Of a DNA stretch of 64,000 bases, positions 1 through 9,763 are shown piece after piece. Location of the stretch: NCBI GenBank assembly GCA_013166775.1, contig JABLTJ010000004.1, forward strand, positions 96,001 through 160,000, in the 5' to 3' direction. The position numbers and the translations under genes are program-made. Below the pieces are notes generated by a model. It was not told the origin of the DNA. It ran no database searches and worked only from the letters and a program-made list of their open reading frames with translations. Position 1 is the first letter of the stretch; every line of letters starts with the position of its first letter. The DNA comes from Promethearchaeati archaeon. Its GTDB lineage: Archaea; Asgardarchaeota; Heimdallarchaeia; Heimdallarchaeales; Heimdallarchaeaceae.

Positions 1-1
1 T

Positions 2-232
2 GTAGAACATGTCATAAAACAGCTTGAGATTTTGCAACCTATGAGTGATAGTATTAGAGACTATGTTATAATTGGGGATACGCTTTTTGTTGCTCCAGAA
101 AATCTCGAAAAACCAGATACAGAATCGAAAGTATCTCTTCCAGATGGATCATTTGTAGCAGATGATTATATTCCCAGATTATTTTTGGAAAATGGTAAAA
201 TTGTTGCTATTGAATTATGGAGAGAATCTTAA
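2..232 (+). CDS. hypothetical protein, 5'-truncated by the window edge
   Basis: Frame is open from base 2 to the TAA at 230-232; no recognisable motif. Confidence 0.6.
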   Translation, partial: VEHVIKQLEILQPMSDSIRDYVIIGDTLFVAPENLEKPDTESKVSLPDGSFVADDYIPRLFLENGKIVAIELWRES

Positions 233-762
233 AGATCTCTGTTTTCCATTACTTTCTTAGCAATTATTGAGTAGATATCTTCTACTCCTTCTCCTAATTT
301 AGCTGAAGATTCTAGAACAGTATAACCTTTTGCTCCCCATTCTTTACTTACTTCATCGTAAGAAACCGCTCGTTCTTCTTTAAGATCAGTTTTATTTCCA
401 ACTATGATAATGGGTATATCAGGGCACCTTTCTCTAACTTCAGCAATCCAATTGTTAAGGTGTTCATAGGTTTCTTTTCTTGTAACATCGAAAACTACTA
501 CTGCACCGTGAGAACCAGTATAATATCTTTTTCTTAAACTAACTAGTTTTTCTTGACCTACTGTATCAAACAAAACAACTCTTAGAGTAGTATCTTCATC
601 AAATTGGATGTTTTTAGAGTGGAAGTCAACCCCAAGAGTAGGCAAATAGGAAGAAGAGAATCGATTTTGAGTGTATCTTAACGCTAAACTTGTTTTTCCT
701 ACACTATAATCTCCAATGTTAAGGATTTTAATGATGTAAGTTACATTAGGGGTTAAGCTCAT
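229..762 (-). CDS. Rab-like small GTPase
   Basis: G1 GDYSVGKT, switch I PTLGVDF, G3 DTVGQE, G4 NKTD, G5 SAK; start moved to ATG at 762; no C-terminal Cys. Confidence 0.93.
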   Translation of the reverse strand: MSLTPNVTYIIKILNIGDYSVGKTSLALRYTQNRFSSSYLPTLGVDFHSKNIQFDEDTTLRVVLFDTVGQEKLVSLRKRYYTGSHGAVVVFDVTRKETYEHLNNWIAEVRERCPDIPIIIVGNKTDLKEERAVSYDEVSKEWGAKGYTVLESSAKLGEGVEDIYSIIAKKVMENRDL

Positions 763-935
763 TAAGTGGATATTGCATAAAGGATATTTGAGCATTGTGT
801 TATCTTTCTTTTACATCTAACTCAAATTTTAAAAATATCTCATCTGAAAATTCTATCAATCAGTTCTTTAATGAAAAGATTGAAATTGCTTTTCTTAAAT
901 ACTTAGTAGAGAGAACACTCACAGATTTGAGAGAA

Positions 936-1646
936 ATGGAAAAAACTTATGCAGATTTGACTATTATCATTCCTACTTTGAACGAAGAAGAAGCTATAAC
1001 TATTATACTTCATAAAATAGATGAATGTGTATCTAAGACTAATATAATTATTGCAGATGATGGATCAACTGACAGAACAAAAGAACTTGTCGAATCTTTT
1101 GATGGGAGTATTGATGTACTATTTTTAGATAGAAAAGAAAAAAAAATCCATGGTTTAACCATTAGTGTATTAGATGCAATAAAAAACTGTAAAACACCAA
1201 TGTTTCTAGTAATGGATGGTGATCTTCAACACCCTCCTGACAAGATAAAAGACTTTTATGATATTTTGAAGAAGGATTATGAACTTGTTGGAGGTAGAAG
1301 AATCAAAGTATTAGGAAAATGGCCTCTTCATAGAAGATTGATGTCTATTATGGCATCTTCAGCTGGTAAAATTTCTTTATTTCTTAGAAGAAAGAATAAA
1401 GTAAAAGATATTATGTCTGGTTTTTTCGCTTCAAAAACAGAATTATGGCAGAAACTATTAGTGGAAAAAGAAACTGAATTCACATTAGAGGGGTATAAAG
1501 TTCTTTTTGATTTCTTGAAAATTTATCCTTCTAAATTGAAAATAGGTCACGTGGATTATGTCTTTGGAATACGTGGTTATGGAGAATCAAAAATTAGCAG
1601 TAAAGTTATTTGGTTATACTTCAAATCCCTATTTAAAAAAGCTTGA
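936..1646 (+). CDS. GT2 glycosyltransferase, dolichol-phosphate mannose synthase-like
   Basis: IIIPTLNEE, ADDGSTD, MDGDLQHPP, DIMSGFF and GESKI motifs; likely start ATG 936. Confidence 0.88.
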   Translation: MEKTYADLTIIIPTLNEEEAITIILHKIDECVSKTNIIIADDGSTDRTKELVESFDGSIDVLFLDRKEKKIHGLTISVLDAIKNCKTPMFLVMDGDLQHPPDKIKDFYDILKKDYELVGGRRIKVLGKWPLHRRLMSIMASSAGKISLFLRRKNKVKDIMSGFFASKTELWQKLLVEKETEFTLEGYKVLFDFLKIYPSKLKIGHVDYVFGIRGYGESKISSKVIWLYFKSLFKKA

Positions 1647-1666
1647 AAAAGAAGATGATGGTGAAT

Positions 1667-2359
1667 TTAGACTCCTATAAGATGCTCTTTATAGTCATAC
1701 ACTGTTTCTAAGAATTCTTGCATGAGTTCAGGATTCTTTATACCAGGTATTTTTTCAACACCTGAGGAAATATCTACAGCGTTGGGAGAAAGAGCTTTTG
1801 TTATTTCCCCAATATTAGATGTTTTTAAACCTCCACCAATAATGAGTGGTTTAGTTACAACATTTTTGATTTCATAGATAATCTTAATCAATTTCTCCTT
1901 TTTGTTCTGAGAATCCCAGTTTAATCCTAGTGGTAAATTGATGTTTATTGCGTGAACATAAGAATCTAGCATTTGTACAGCTTTGATAGGATCTGTATCA
2001 AGAATATTCGATTCCAGGGTTTCCTTATCCATGAAGATAGAACCAATTATCGGAATAGTTGTTATTGATTGAACAGCAATAAGAGTATTGATATCATTAA
2101 AGAATAGACCATTAATTTGAATCATATCTGGATTACAAATTTCCTGAATTTCAAAAATATCATCAATTGTAGAAGGAACAATTTCTGCAATTGTTACACA
2201 ATTTTCCATACTTGCAAAAATCCTTCTTGCATCGAATTTACTTACAGCTCTAATTTCATTAATATTATCTATTATTGCTCCTATAGCAAATTCAGGGGAA
2301 ACATCTACTGATATTGCTGATTCAAAGTCAGTAACACCAGAAATTTTTGCAATCCACAA
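1667..2359 (-). CDS. phosphoribosylanthranilate isomerase (TrpF)-like TIM barrel, probably degenerate
   Basis: N-terminal KISG (canonical KICG), IQING, GGGL and DISSGVE..PGIK; TTG start with upstream GAGGT. Confidence 0.75.
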   Translation of the reverse strand: MWIAKISGVTDFESAISVDVSPEFAIGAIIDNINEIRAVSKFDARRIFASMENCVTIAEIVPSTIDDIFEIQEICNPDMIQINGLFFNDINTLIAVQSITTIPIIGSIFMDKETLESNILDTDPIKAVQMLDSYVHAININLPLGLNWDSQNKKEKLIKIIYEIKNVVTKPLIIGGGLKTSNIGEITKALSPNAVDISSGVEKIPGIKNPELMQEFLETVYDYKEHLIGV

Positions 2360-2526
2360 TCTTAGTTACCTCAAATTGTAATATTTGATAGGGTTTTAAT
2401 ATTTTCCCCATGAAACTAGAATTGACATAACAGAATGATATCCCGAATGTATCTGCGACTTGACAAGTATAATTTCTGGATATTACAAAAGACCATATTC
2501 TATTACCCAAATATTATAGTGATTAT

Positions 2527-2859
2527 ATGACAACGAAGGATACATTTCTCAGTTACAAATTGGAAAAAGCTATCGCTAGAATAAAGACTCACAATGGGTA
2601 TAATGATTCTCCTCTATTTCTAGAGATATGTAACTGTCCAAGTAAAGGAGGTTCATTATATTTCGATACTAAGAAAAACACCTATTTTGGAAAAGGTTCA
2701 TGCAACAGAGGTCTTCTTTGTTCTAAGATTCAAGTCGATAAACATCAAGTAAGAATTCGTAAAGCACTACCTATAGAATTAGAAAGTGGTTCAATTAATC
2801 AAGAAAAAATCTTACTCAAAAATCAAGATTTGAATATCTCTGCTAGAATTATTTCTTAA
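2527..2859 (+). CDS. hypothetical protein with four Cys, possible Zn binder
   Basis: 110-aa ORF with CNC...C...C; fills the gap before gltX. Confidence 0.55.
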   Translation: MTTKDTFLSYKLEKAIARIKTHNGYNDSPLFLEICNCPSKGGSLYFDTKKNTYFGKGSCNRGLLCSKIQVDKHQVRIRKALPIELESGSINQEKILLKNQDLNISARIIS

Positions 2860-2954
2860 AATTAGTGAAATTTCAAAGCTTCTCCATACAATGATTGTTT
2901 AGATTTATAAAGAACAATCAAATATTTAAACACAAAATTATATCGAGTGTTAGG

Positions 2955-4673
2955 ATGAATAACGCTGACGAGATTCTTTACAAAGAAGCTTTAATTAACG
3001 CATTCAAATACGGATCAGCTGAAGTTAAGATTGTTTTTAAGAAGATTATGGCTAATTATCCTAATTTAAGAGAAAAATCTAAAGAACTCTACCCAAAATT
3101 AGAAAAAATTATCAAAGAAGTTAATTCATTTTCTGAAGAGAAAATAACAGAAATTGTTGAAAGCAAATATCCTGAGGAAATTATCTTTGAGAAGAAAGAA
3201 CGAGTGGTTCTTCCGGATTTACCAAATGCTGTGGAAGGAAAAGTAGTAGTTCGTTACCCTCCTGAACCATCTAAACATCCCCATATTGGTCAAATGCTTT
3301 CATTTTGTATTAATCATCTCATAGCAGAAAAGTACAAAGGAAGGAGAGTTCTACGTTTCGATGATACAAACCCAGAGAGGATAAAAAAAGAATTCTACGA
3401 AGGTTTTCGTGAAGCAATATCATGGATGGAATTAAAGATCGATCAAGAAGTTTTGGCTTCCAACTATATGGGAACCTATTATCAAAAAGCGGAAAAACTA
3501 ATCAAGAATAATGATGCTTTTGTTTGTTCATGTAAAAGAGAAGCATTCTCAAAGCTAAGAGCTGAAGGAAAACCTTGTCAATGCAATTTGAACCATTCAA
3601 CAGAAAGGAACATGGAATTATTTGAAAAGATGTTAGAAGGGGAATTCTCATCAGGAGAAGCGGTTCTTAGATTAAGAGGAGACATGCAATCGGATAATTC
3701 TGCATTAAGAGATCCCGTTTTACTAAGGATATCCAAATTTCCTCATGCAATTCAAGGAGATAAATTTCATATTTGGCCGATGTATGATTTTGAATCTCCT
3801 ATTATGGAAGAGATAACAGGAGTTACTCATATCTTCAGAAGCATAGAATTCGGAAAAATGAGAGAAGAACTCCAGTCTCTAATTTCAAAGAAACTAAATA
3901 TTATTCCCCCAGAGTTTTACGAGTACAGTAGATTTAACATAATAGGTGCTCCAACACAAGGAAGAATTATTAGAGAACTTGTAGAAGAAGGTGTAGTAAA
4001 GGGTTGGGACGATTACCGTTTGGTGACATATCAAGCATTGAAGAAAAGAGGGATTCAACCACAAGTTTTTTCAGAGATTGTGGAAAGGGTTGGTATTACA
4101 AAATCCACTACCAATATTGATTGGTCATTAATATTCTCAATCAACAGGAAAATAATCGAACCGATATCAAAACACTATTTCTTTGTAGATGAACCGATTG
4201 AGATTGTATTATTAAATCCAAAATCTGTGGAGCTTGAAATCCCTTTACATCCCTATAATCAAGATTTAGGGAAGAGAAAAGTCAAAGTTAACAATACATT
4301 GTATCTAAGTGGTACTGATAAGAACCTGCTTAGAAAAGATGAAATTCTTAGAATGAAAGATCTCTACAACATCAGAATTACAAAAAAAATCACAGAAGAA
4401 AAATACGAAGCAGAAATTTGTGGAGAAGAATTGCTCCCAAAGATTCCTCGTCTTCAATGGGTTTCTGAACCCGTAGAAATAGAGATTGTTAAACCAGAAA
4501 TGTTATATTTAAATAATCGAATTAACAAAGATAGTCTAGGGTATATCACTGGCTTCGGTGAGAAAAGTATTTCTAGCCTTAAAATAGGAGAAATTGTTCA
4601 ACTTGAACGCTTTGGATATACAAAAGTTAATAAGAAGAACGATAACATAAAAATGAACTACATTCATGGATGA
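2955..4673 (+). CDS. gltX: glutamyl-tRNA synthetase, archaeal type
   Basis: RYPPEPSKHPHIGQ, LRFDDTNP, CSC Zn knuckle, RDPVLLR, WPMYDF, GWDDYRL, VQLERFGY; start at ATG 2955. Confidence 0.95.
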   Translation: MNNADEILYKEALINAFKYGSAEVKIVFKKIMANYPNLREKSKELYPKLEKIIKEVNSFSEEKITEIVESKYPEEIIFEKKERVVLPDLPNAVEGKVVVRYPPEPSKHPHIGQMLSFCINHLIAEKYKGRRVLRFDDTNPERIKKEFYEGFREAISWMELKIDQEVLASNYMGTYYQKAEKLIKNNDAFVCSCKREAFSKLRAEGKPCQCNLNHSTERNMELFEKMLEGEFSSGEAVLRLRGDMQSDNSALRDPVLLRISKFPHAIQGDKFHIWPMYDFESPIMEEITGVTHIFRSIEFGKMREELQSLISKKLNIIPPEFYEYSRFNIIGAPTQGRIIRELVEEGVVKGWDDYRLVTYQALKKRGIQPQVFSEIVERVGITKSTTNIDWSLIFSINRKIIEPISKHYFFVDEPIEIVLLNPKSVELEIPLHPYNQDLGKRKVKVNNTLYLSGTDKNLLRKDEILRMKDLYNIRITKKITEEKYEAEICGEELLPKIPRLQWVSEPVEIEIVKPEMLYLNNRINKDSLGYITGFGEKSISSLKIGEIVQLERFGYTKVNKKNDNIKMNYIHG

Positions 4674-4683
4674 TGTTTAAAAT

Positions 4684-5601
4684 ATGGAATATGGACTACT
4701 AATATTTCTGATATTCATTGCTTTATCTCTCATAGTTGCAGCAAGAGCTGGTATTAAGAGTAAACAAAAAAAACAAGCACCGAAGAAAAGATACAAACCT
4801 TATCAACCTTATGGACAACAGGAATCCATAGTTCAAACTCCAACTAGAGCGACAACTCCTAGACAGGTATCTGCCCCACCTAGCCAATCCGAATCAAGAG
4901 CTGCATACGCAAGTGCAGACGAATTTTTTAGAGCTGGGATGTACGACAGAGCAAAAGAAGAATACCTAAAAACTGGAAGAGTGTTTGGAGCAGCAAAATC
5001 TATAGCAGCTAAAGGTAGAGAATTCATACCTGATGCGTTACAAATTATTTCTAGGTACGCACCTGAAAGAGAAGAGGAAATGGTCAGAAACCTTTCACGA
5101 TATTTCTTTGATAGTGGAGAAACTGAAATTTCTGCTCTGATTCTTTCTGAAAGCGGTTTAACAGGAGAAGCTGATGCTGTTTTAGCTACAATTGGAAAAA
5201 CAATTGATGATATAGCTCTTGGAGAGGTAGTGGAAGTAACCTCAATAGAACAAATCGTATCAGAAGAAGAAATGGCTGATACTCAAAAAAGTCTTGAAGA
5301 ATTAGAAGTAATTGCTGCTGAAACTAAAGAGACAGAAGAAGATGAGATAATAATTAAAGAAAAGGAAAAGAAAGTGGTTGAAGTGAAACGTATAACTACA
5401 CAACCTCTTAAGATTGCAACCTCTGCCTTAGAAGATAGATGCAGTGTCTGTATGTCTCCAATTAAAGCAGGAGAAAGTTTTGTAAGATGTCCACACTGTG
5501 AAATTCCTTCGCATTATTCTCATATAGTTGAGTGGATAAAAGTCAAACCTCAATGCCCTAACTGCAGAAAGAAGTTAGTCTCAAAAATGTTTCAAGAATA
5601 G
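4684..5601 (+). CDS. membrane-anchored protein with helical repeats and C-terminal RING-type zinc finger
   Basis: N-terminal TM helix; C-x2-C-x12-C-x2-C-x4-H-x2-H-x3-W-x6-C-x2-C at residues 253-294. Confidence 0.8.
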   Translation: MEYGLLIFLIFIALSLIVAARAGIKSKQKKQAPKKRYKPYQPYGQQESIVQTPTRATTPRQVSAPPSQSESRAAYASADEFFRAGMYDRAKEEYLKTGRVFGAAKSIAAKGREFIPDALQIISRYAPEREEEMVRNLSRYFFDSGETEISALILSESGLTGEADAVLATIGKTIDDIALGEVVEVTSIEQIVSEEEMADTQKSLEELEVIAAETKETEEDEIIIKEKEKKVVEVKRITTQPLKIATSALEDRCSVCMSPIKAGESFVRCPHCEIPSHYSHIVEWIKVKPQCPNCRKKLVSKMFQE

Positions 5602-5638
5602 AGAAAAGAGTTAAAAACATATTTGTTATGAAAACATC

Positions 5639-6115
5639 ATGGTATTCTTACCTCCTTTTTCAAAAGAGACAATTCGAGAATATATTGATTTGAAAACTCA
5701 AACACAAATTGCAGGATTCGATCTATCAGTTAAAGAAATCATGTACTTGGAAGATGGGGGAGTATTAGACTTTGATAATTCAAAAAGATTAATTCCACAG
5801 CATGAGCTATTAGAAAAAAAGGATGATGCGTGGATGCTTAAACCTGGAGGGTATCTAGTTAGATATAATGAGATTGTTGAAGTTCCATATGATGCTGTTG
5901 GAATTGTGTTACCTCGATCAAGCTTAATGCGATGTGGTGCAACAATCTTCTCTGCTATTTGGGATCCTGGATATAAGGGTAGAGGAATAGGATTAATGGT
6001 AACCTATGCAGAAATAAAAATACATCAAAATACAAGAATAGCTCAAATAATGTTCATTAGAACAATGGAGAAAACAAAGAAAGGGTATTCTGGAGATTAT
6101 CAAAATGAAAGATAA
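5639..6115 (+). CDS. trimeric dUTPase / dCTP deaminase family protein
   Basis: AGFDLS, LPRSSLMRCG, WDPGYKG, RIAQ and C-terminal YSGDYQ motifs. Confidence 0.9.
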   Translation: MVFLPPFSKETIREYIDLKTQTQIAGFDLSVKEIMYLEDGGVLDFDNSKRLIPQHELLEKKDDAWMLKPGGYLVRYNEIVEVPYDAVGIVLPRSSLMRCGATIFSAIWDPGYKGRGIGLMVTYAEIKIHQNTRIAQIMFIRTMEKTKKGYSGDYQNER

Positions 6116-6212
6116 GAGGAAAATGTTAAAAATAATAGTTTTATCTACTCAATACGCATTTTTTATATATTAAAATCTAAATAGTGAAATAGCAGACAAA
6201 GAAAGTGAGAAT

Positions 6213-7319
6213 ATGTCAAAGAAAGCTGATCCACCTAAAAGTACTAAGCAAGCTACTTCAAAAACTCCTGATGAGAAGAAAAAACCAAAAGAGGCAGAAG
6301 ATTGGATAGCGGAAATTATTCCAAAAAAGAAAAAACCTAGTGTTCAGAAACCAAGTGACGATGACCTAAGTGATGTAGCTGTAAATAAAATTCCAGGAAT
6401 CGGTCCTGCAGTTTCAGAAAAACTCATGTCTGCAGGTTACTTAACCTTAGCAGCTGTTGCACATGCATCTCCGTACGAACTAGTAGAACACTGTGAGATA
6501 GGAGAACAAACAGCAAAAAGACTAATTACAGCAGCTAGAAGTCAAATTGGAGTAGGTTTCAAAAGTGCAAAATCATTACTTGAGAGTAGACAAAAACTTC
6601 AAATGATTCCTACAGGAAGCAAAGCACTTGATACATTATTAAAAGGAGGGATAGAAACAAGTTCTTTGACAGAAATATCAGGAGAATTCAGAACTGGAAA
6701 AACACAAATCTGCTTCCAGTTGTGTGTAATGACTGCTATGGAGAAGAAAAACGGTGGATTGGAATCTGGTGTTATTTTCATTGATACAGAGGGAACTTTT
6801 CGACCGGAAAGAATAGTTCAAATTTGTAGTAGATTCGGAGCAGATCCGGATGATATTTTGAGTAGAATTCATGTAGGAAGAGCGTACAATTCGGATCATC
6901 AGATGGTCTTAGTTCTAGAAAGTCCAATATTGATCAAAGAGAAAAATGTTAAACTGATGATAATTGATTCACTAACCAGTCATTTTAGAGCTGAATTTAC
7001 AGGTAGAGGAGCTCTTCTAGAGAGACAACAAAAACTAAACAAGTATTTGCATCAACTGCTCAGACTTGGTGAAGTTTATGATATAGCAACTGTAGCAACG
7101 AACCAAGTATTATCAAAACCCGATGTACTTTATGGAGAAACTATTTTCCCAATAGGAGGGAATATTGTTGCACATTCATGTACGACTAGAATTTTCTTAA
7201 GGAAAGGAAAGGGAGATAAAAGAATAGCAAGAGTGATAGATAGCCCCCACATCCCTGAGATTGAAACTATCTTTAGTATAACCGAAGAAGGGATAGTTGA
7301 TATTGAAGATTCCAGCTAG
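6213..7319 (+). CDS. radA: DNA repair and recombination protein RadA
   Basis: N-terminal HhH domain, FKSA polymerisation motif, Walker A GEFRTGKTQ, IDTEGTFRPER, Walker B MIIDS, PIGGNIVAH. Confidence 0.96.
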   Translation: MSKKADPPKSTKQATSKTPDEKKKPKEAEDWIAEIIPKKKKPSVQKPSDDDLSDVAVNKIPGIGPAVSEKLMSAGYLTLAAVAHASPYELVEHCEIGEQTAKRLITAARSQIGVGFKSAKSLLESRQKLQMIPTGSKALDTLLKGGIETSSLTEISGEFRTGKTQICFQLCVMTAMEKKNGGLESGVIFIDTEGTFRPERIVQICSRFGADPDDILSRIHVGRAYNSDHQMVLVLESPILIKEKNVKLMIIDSLTSHFRAEFTGRGALLERQQKLNKYLHQLLRLGEVYDIATVATNQVLSKPDVLYGETIFPIGGNIVAHSCTTRIFLRKGKGDKRIARVIDSPHIPEIETIFSITEEGIVDIEDSS

Positions 7320-7385
7320 GAATGTAACAACATTTAAGTAAGACGTTTAACTCTGTCAGATAAGAAAATTAATCTCGTAAAGAGA

Positions 7386-8177
7386 ATGGTGATAGACTTG
7401 TCAGACGAAGGCATATCAGTTAGTGACGCAATAAAAATTACTGAATTAGAGAACCAAGTACAAAATCTTCTAAACAAAGTCGAAGAACTCGAAAATATCA
7501 AGAAGGAATTAGAAGAAAAGAGCAGTAATCTAGAACAAGAACTCAATGATTTAAAAGAAAGATCTGCTGCGTTAAATGAAATTGAAAGCGCAAAAGCTAA
7601 TCTTGAAACTGAATTAGAAAATCTCAAACAAGAGAATTCTCAACTTAAAGAAGATAAAGAGAATTTAAATAATGAGTTTCAGGAGCTCAAGAATGAAACG
7701 ATGAGAAAAGATACTGAAATCTCAAATGTTAAGAGGGAATTTGAAACAAAAAGCGAAGGAATTCAAGAAAAAGAACACACCATTGAAAAGCTGAAAGAAA
7801 ATGTAGCTGAAATGGAGAGTATTAAAACAGAGCTTGAAGCGCAAGTTGAACAACTCAGAGATGAAAAAGCAACCATCGAAAATAAATATAATGAACTATT
7901 AACAGATTCATCTAGATTAGAACAAATAAAGGATGATTTAAGAAAGAAAGAGGAAGTTCTCAAGAGATTCCAAATCATCGCCGAATCTGATCCATCTTAC
8001 AGTTGGCTCTCAACTCTAGAACAATATAAAGTTATAGAACTTAAGAGGTTAGCAATGTCAACAGGATCTTCAACACATGCTATTCTAAAATACGTTAGAT
8101 TACTTGAACGAGCAGGTCTTGTAGATATAGAAATGCATGGAAAAGATGATCCAAATCCAACTATAAAGCTAAAGTAG
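7386..8177 (+). CDS. long coiled-coil protein with C-terminal winged-helix domain
   Basis: About 180 aa of heptad repeats, then DPSY..L..L...LA..TG.S...I..YV..LERAGLV wHTH pattern. Confidence 0.75.
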   Translation: MVIDLSDEGISVSDAIKITELENQVQNLLNKVEELENIKKELEEKSSNLEQELNDLKERSAALNEIESAKANLETELENLKQENSQLKEDKENLNNEFQELKNETMRKDTEISNVKREFETKSEGIQEKEHTIEKLKENVAEMESIKTELEAQVEQLRDEKATIENKYNELLTDSSRLEQIKDDLRKKEEVLKRFQIIAESDPSYSWLSTLEQYKVIELKRLAMSTGSSTHAILKYVRLLERAGLVDIEMHGKDDPNPTIKLK

Positions 8178-8221
8178 TTTTTTTCTAATTTTTTTTTCAG
8201 TATTTTTTTAATATTTTTTTT
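8178..8221 (+). terminator. oligo-T tracts, probable archaeal intrinsic terminator
   Basis: Several T7-T9 runs directly after the 7386-8177 stop codon. Confidence 0.55.
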
Positions 8222-8267
8222 GTTTTATCTTATTTTTCACAACATTATTGTTTTAAAGAGAGGAATA

Positions 8268-8444
8268 ATGATTACCATGAATAAAATGAATAAAGTTGAA
8301 ATAAGAGTCAATGATAATCAAGTTCCTTTAAATCAGTATGTTACAACCCTAGTATCTAAACTTGTATTAGCTATAGTTGATTCTCTAAAAGGAATTGAAG
8401 AAGAAGATATAGAAAATGTTAACATAACAGTAAATTATATTTAG
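8268..8444 (+). CDS. small protein resembling the C-terminal domain of archaeal MobB-type proteins
   Basis: VEIRVND..VPLNQYV...V..LV.AIVDSLKG pattern; GAGAGG upstream of ATG 8268. Confidence 0.55.
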   Translation: MITMNKMNKVEIRVNDNQVPLNQYVTTLVSKLVLAIVDSLKGIEEEDIENVNITVNYI

Positions 8445-8492
8445 TATATTTCACCAAAAAAATTTAAAACATACTTATTATCTTCTTTCCCT

Positions 8493-9443
8493 ATGGAACC
8501 TAAACAATTTTCTAAAAAAGAAATTGTGATATCATATATCAAAATGCTTAGATTAGTAAATGGAATTGTTGCAGGGACTGCAGCAACTTTTGGAATCGTT
8601 CTCTCTTTACCTTCTGGTGTGAAAGTAAACTTTGCGACTTTGGCTTTGGTTATTATAGCAACCATGCTTGTTTCTTCTCAAGCTATGATTTTTAATGATA
8701 TTGCAGATAGAGAAGAAGATGCAATTAATGCACCACATAGACCTCTTCCTTCAGGAAAGATATCTTTAAAGACAGCGAAGATATATGGTGTAATTATCGC
8801 GACTTTAGCATTAGTTTTAGCGGTCGTAATTGATGTTATCAACAATCTCTATGGATTAAGTGTTGCAACCGCAATAGTGTTTGGGGGATCTTTAGACTTA
8901 TATAATTTCAAGCTAAAGAAACTTGGTTTTTGGGGGAATTTAACAATAGGTATAAATGTCGTTGCTTTGTTCTTTTATGGCTCACTTCATACTTATTTGA
9001 TTCATCCTGGAGTAGGTATAGCATGGGTTCCTATCTGTGTAGGCTTCTGTGCTGGATCTGGAAATGTTGGTAGGGAAGTCATTAAAGGATTACCTGATAT
9101 TGAAGGAGATAGAGAAGCAGGTGTTAGAACAGTTGCAGTAAAATTCGGTTCAAAGACAACAGCTATTATAGGTTCTCTTTTTCTATGGGGGTTAGTTGCT
9201 GGAGCCTTGATAGCAGCAATATTACCTATGTATCTACCAAGTCCTGAACCTCTATATTTAGTCAGTCAAATCTTAGTCTGTCTGATAGCAGCCTTAGCAT
9301 CATTTCTAGCAATTGCTATACTTTTCAATCAAAAACCTAAATGGGCTTACACAACAAAAGAAATACTTCTATTTGTATTTCTAGCTTTCTTACTTGTCTT
9401 CATAATAGATAAAATAGTTAAACTAGCTATCGGAGCTAGTTAA
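8493..9443 (+). CDS. UbiA-family prenyltransferase, probable digeranylgeranylglyceryl-phosphate synthase
   Basis: NDIADREEDAINAPHRPLPSG and REVIKGLPDIEGD motifs; multiple TM helices. Confidence 0.88.
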   Translation: MEPKQFSKKEIVISYIKMLRLVNGIVAGTAATFGIVLSLPSGVKVNFATLALVIIATMLVSSQAMIFNDIADREEDAINAPHRPLPSGKISLKTAKIYGVIIATLALVLAVVIDVINNLYGLSVATAIVFGGSLDLYNFKLKKLGFWGNLTIGINVVALFFYGSLHTYLIHPGVGIAWVPICVGFCAGSGNVGREVIKGLPDIEGDREAGVRTVAVKFGSKTTAIIGSLFLWGLVAGALIAAILPMYLPSPEPLYLVSQILVCLIAALASFLAIAILFNQKPKWAYTTKEILLFVFLAFLLVFIIDKIVKLAIGAS

Positions 9444-9446
9444 TTT

Positions 9447-9719
9447 TTATCTTTTTCTGATAACTTGGAAAACTACAGGATTAAAAGCATCAGGACATGC
9501 ATGAGTAGATACATCTTTATCTTCTAACCAGGGAAACTCAGCACCATAAGCCATAGCATATATTTTTGGTAAAACTGAATAAAGTGCATGTAAGCAAATT
9601 TTCCCATTTATTTCGTTTGTTTCAAAATTAAAAATAATTTCATCGCCTACACTATGACCTGCCACACAATGACCCTTTTGTTCAACAACTTTCAAGATTA
9701 TTTCATGTGCCATATTCAT
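9447..9719 (-). CDS. TIGR04076-like small Cys protein
   Basis: KGHC.AGH.VGD, IC.HAL and CPD...PVVF pattern. Confidence 0.75.
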   Translation of the reverse strand: MNMAHEIILKVVEQKGHCVAGHSVGDEIIFNFETNEINGKICLHALYSVLPKIYAMAYGAEFPWLEDKDVSTHACPDAFNPVVFQVIRKR

Positions 9720-9763
9720 GCTTCATGTTTTAGATTTAAATAGTTATTCCCGAATTATTGTAT

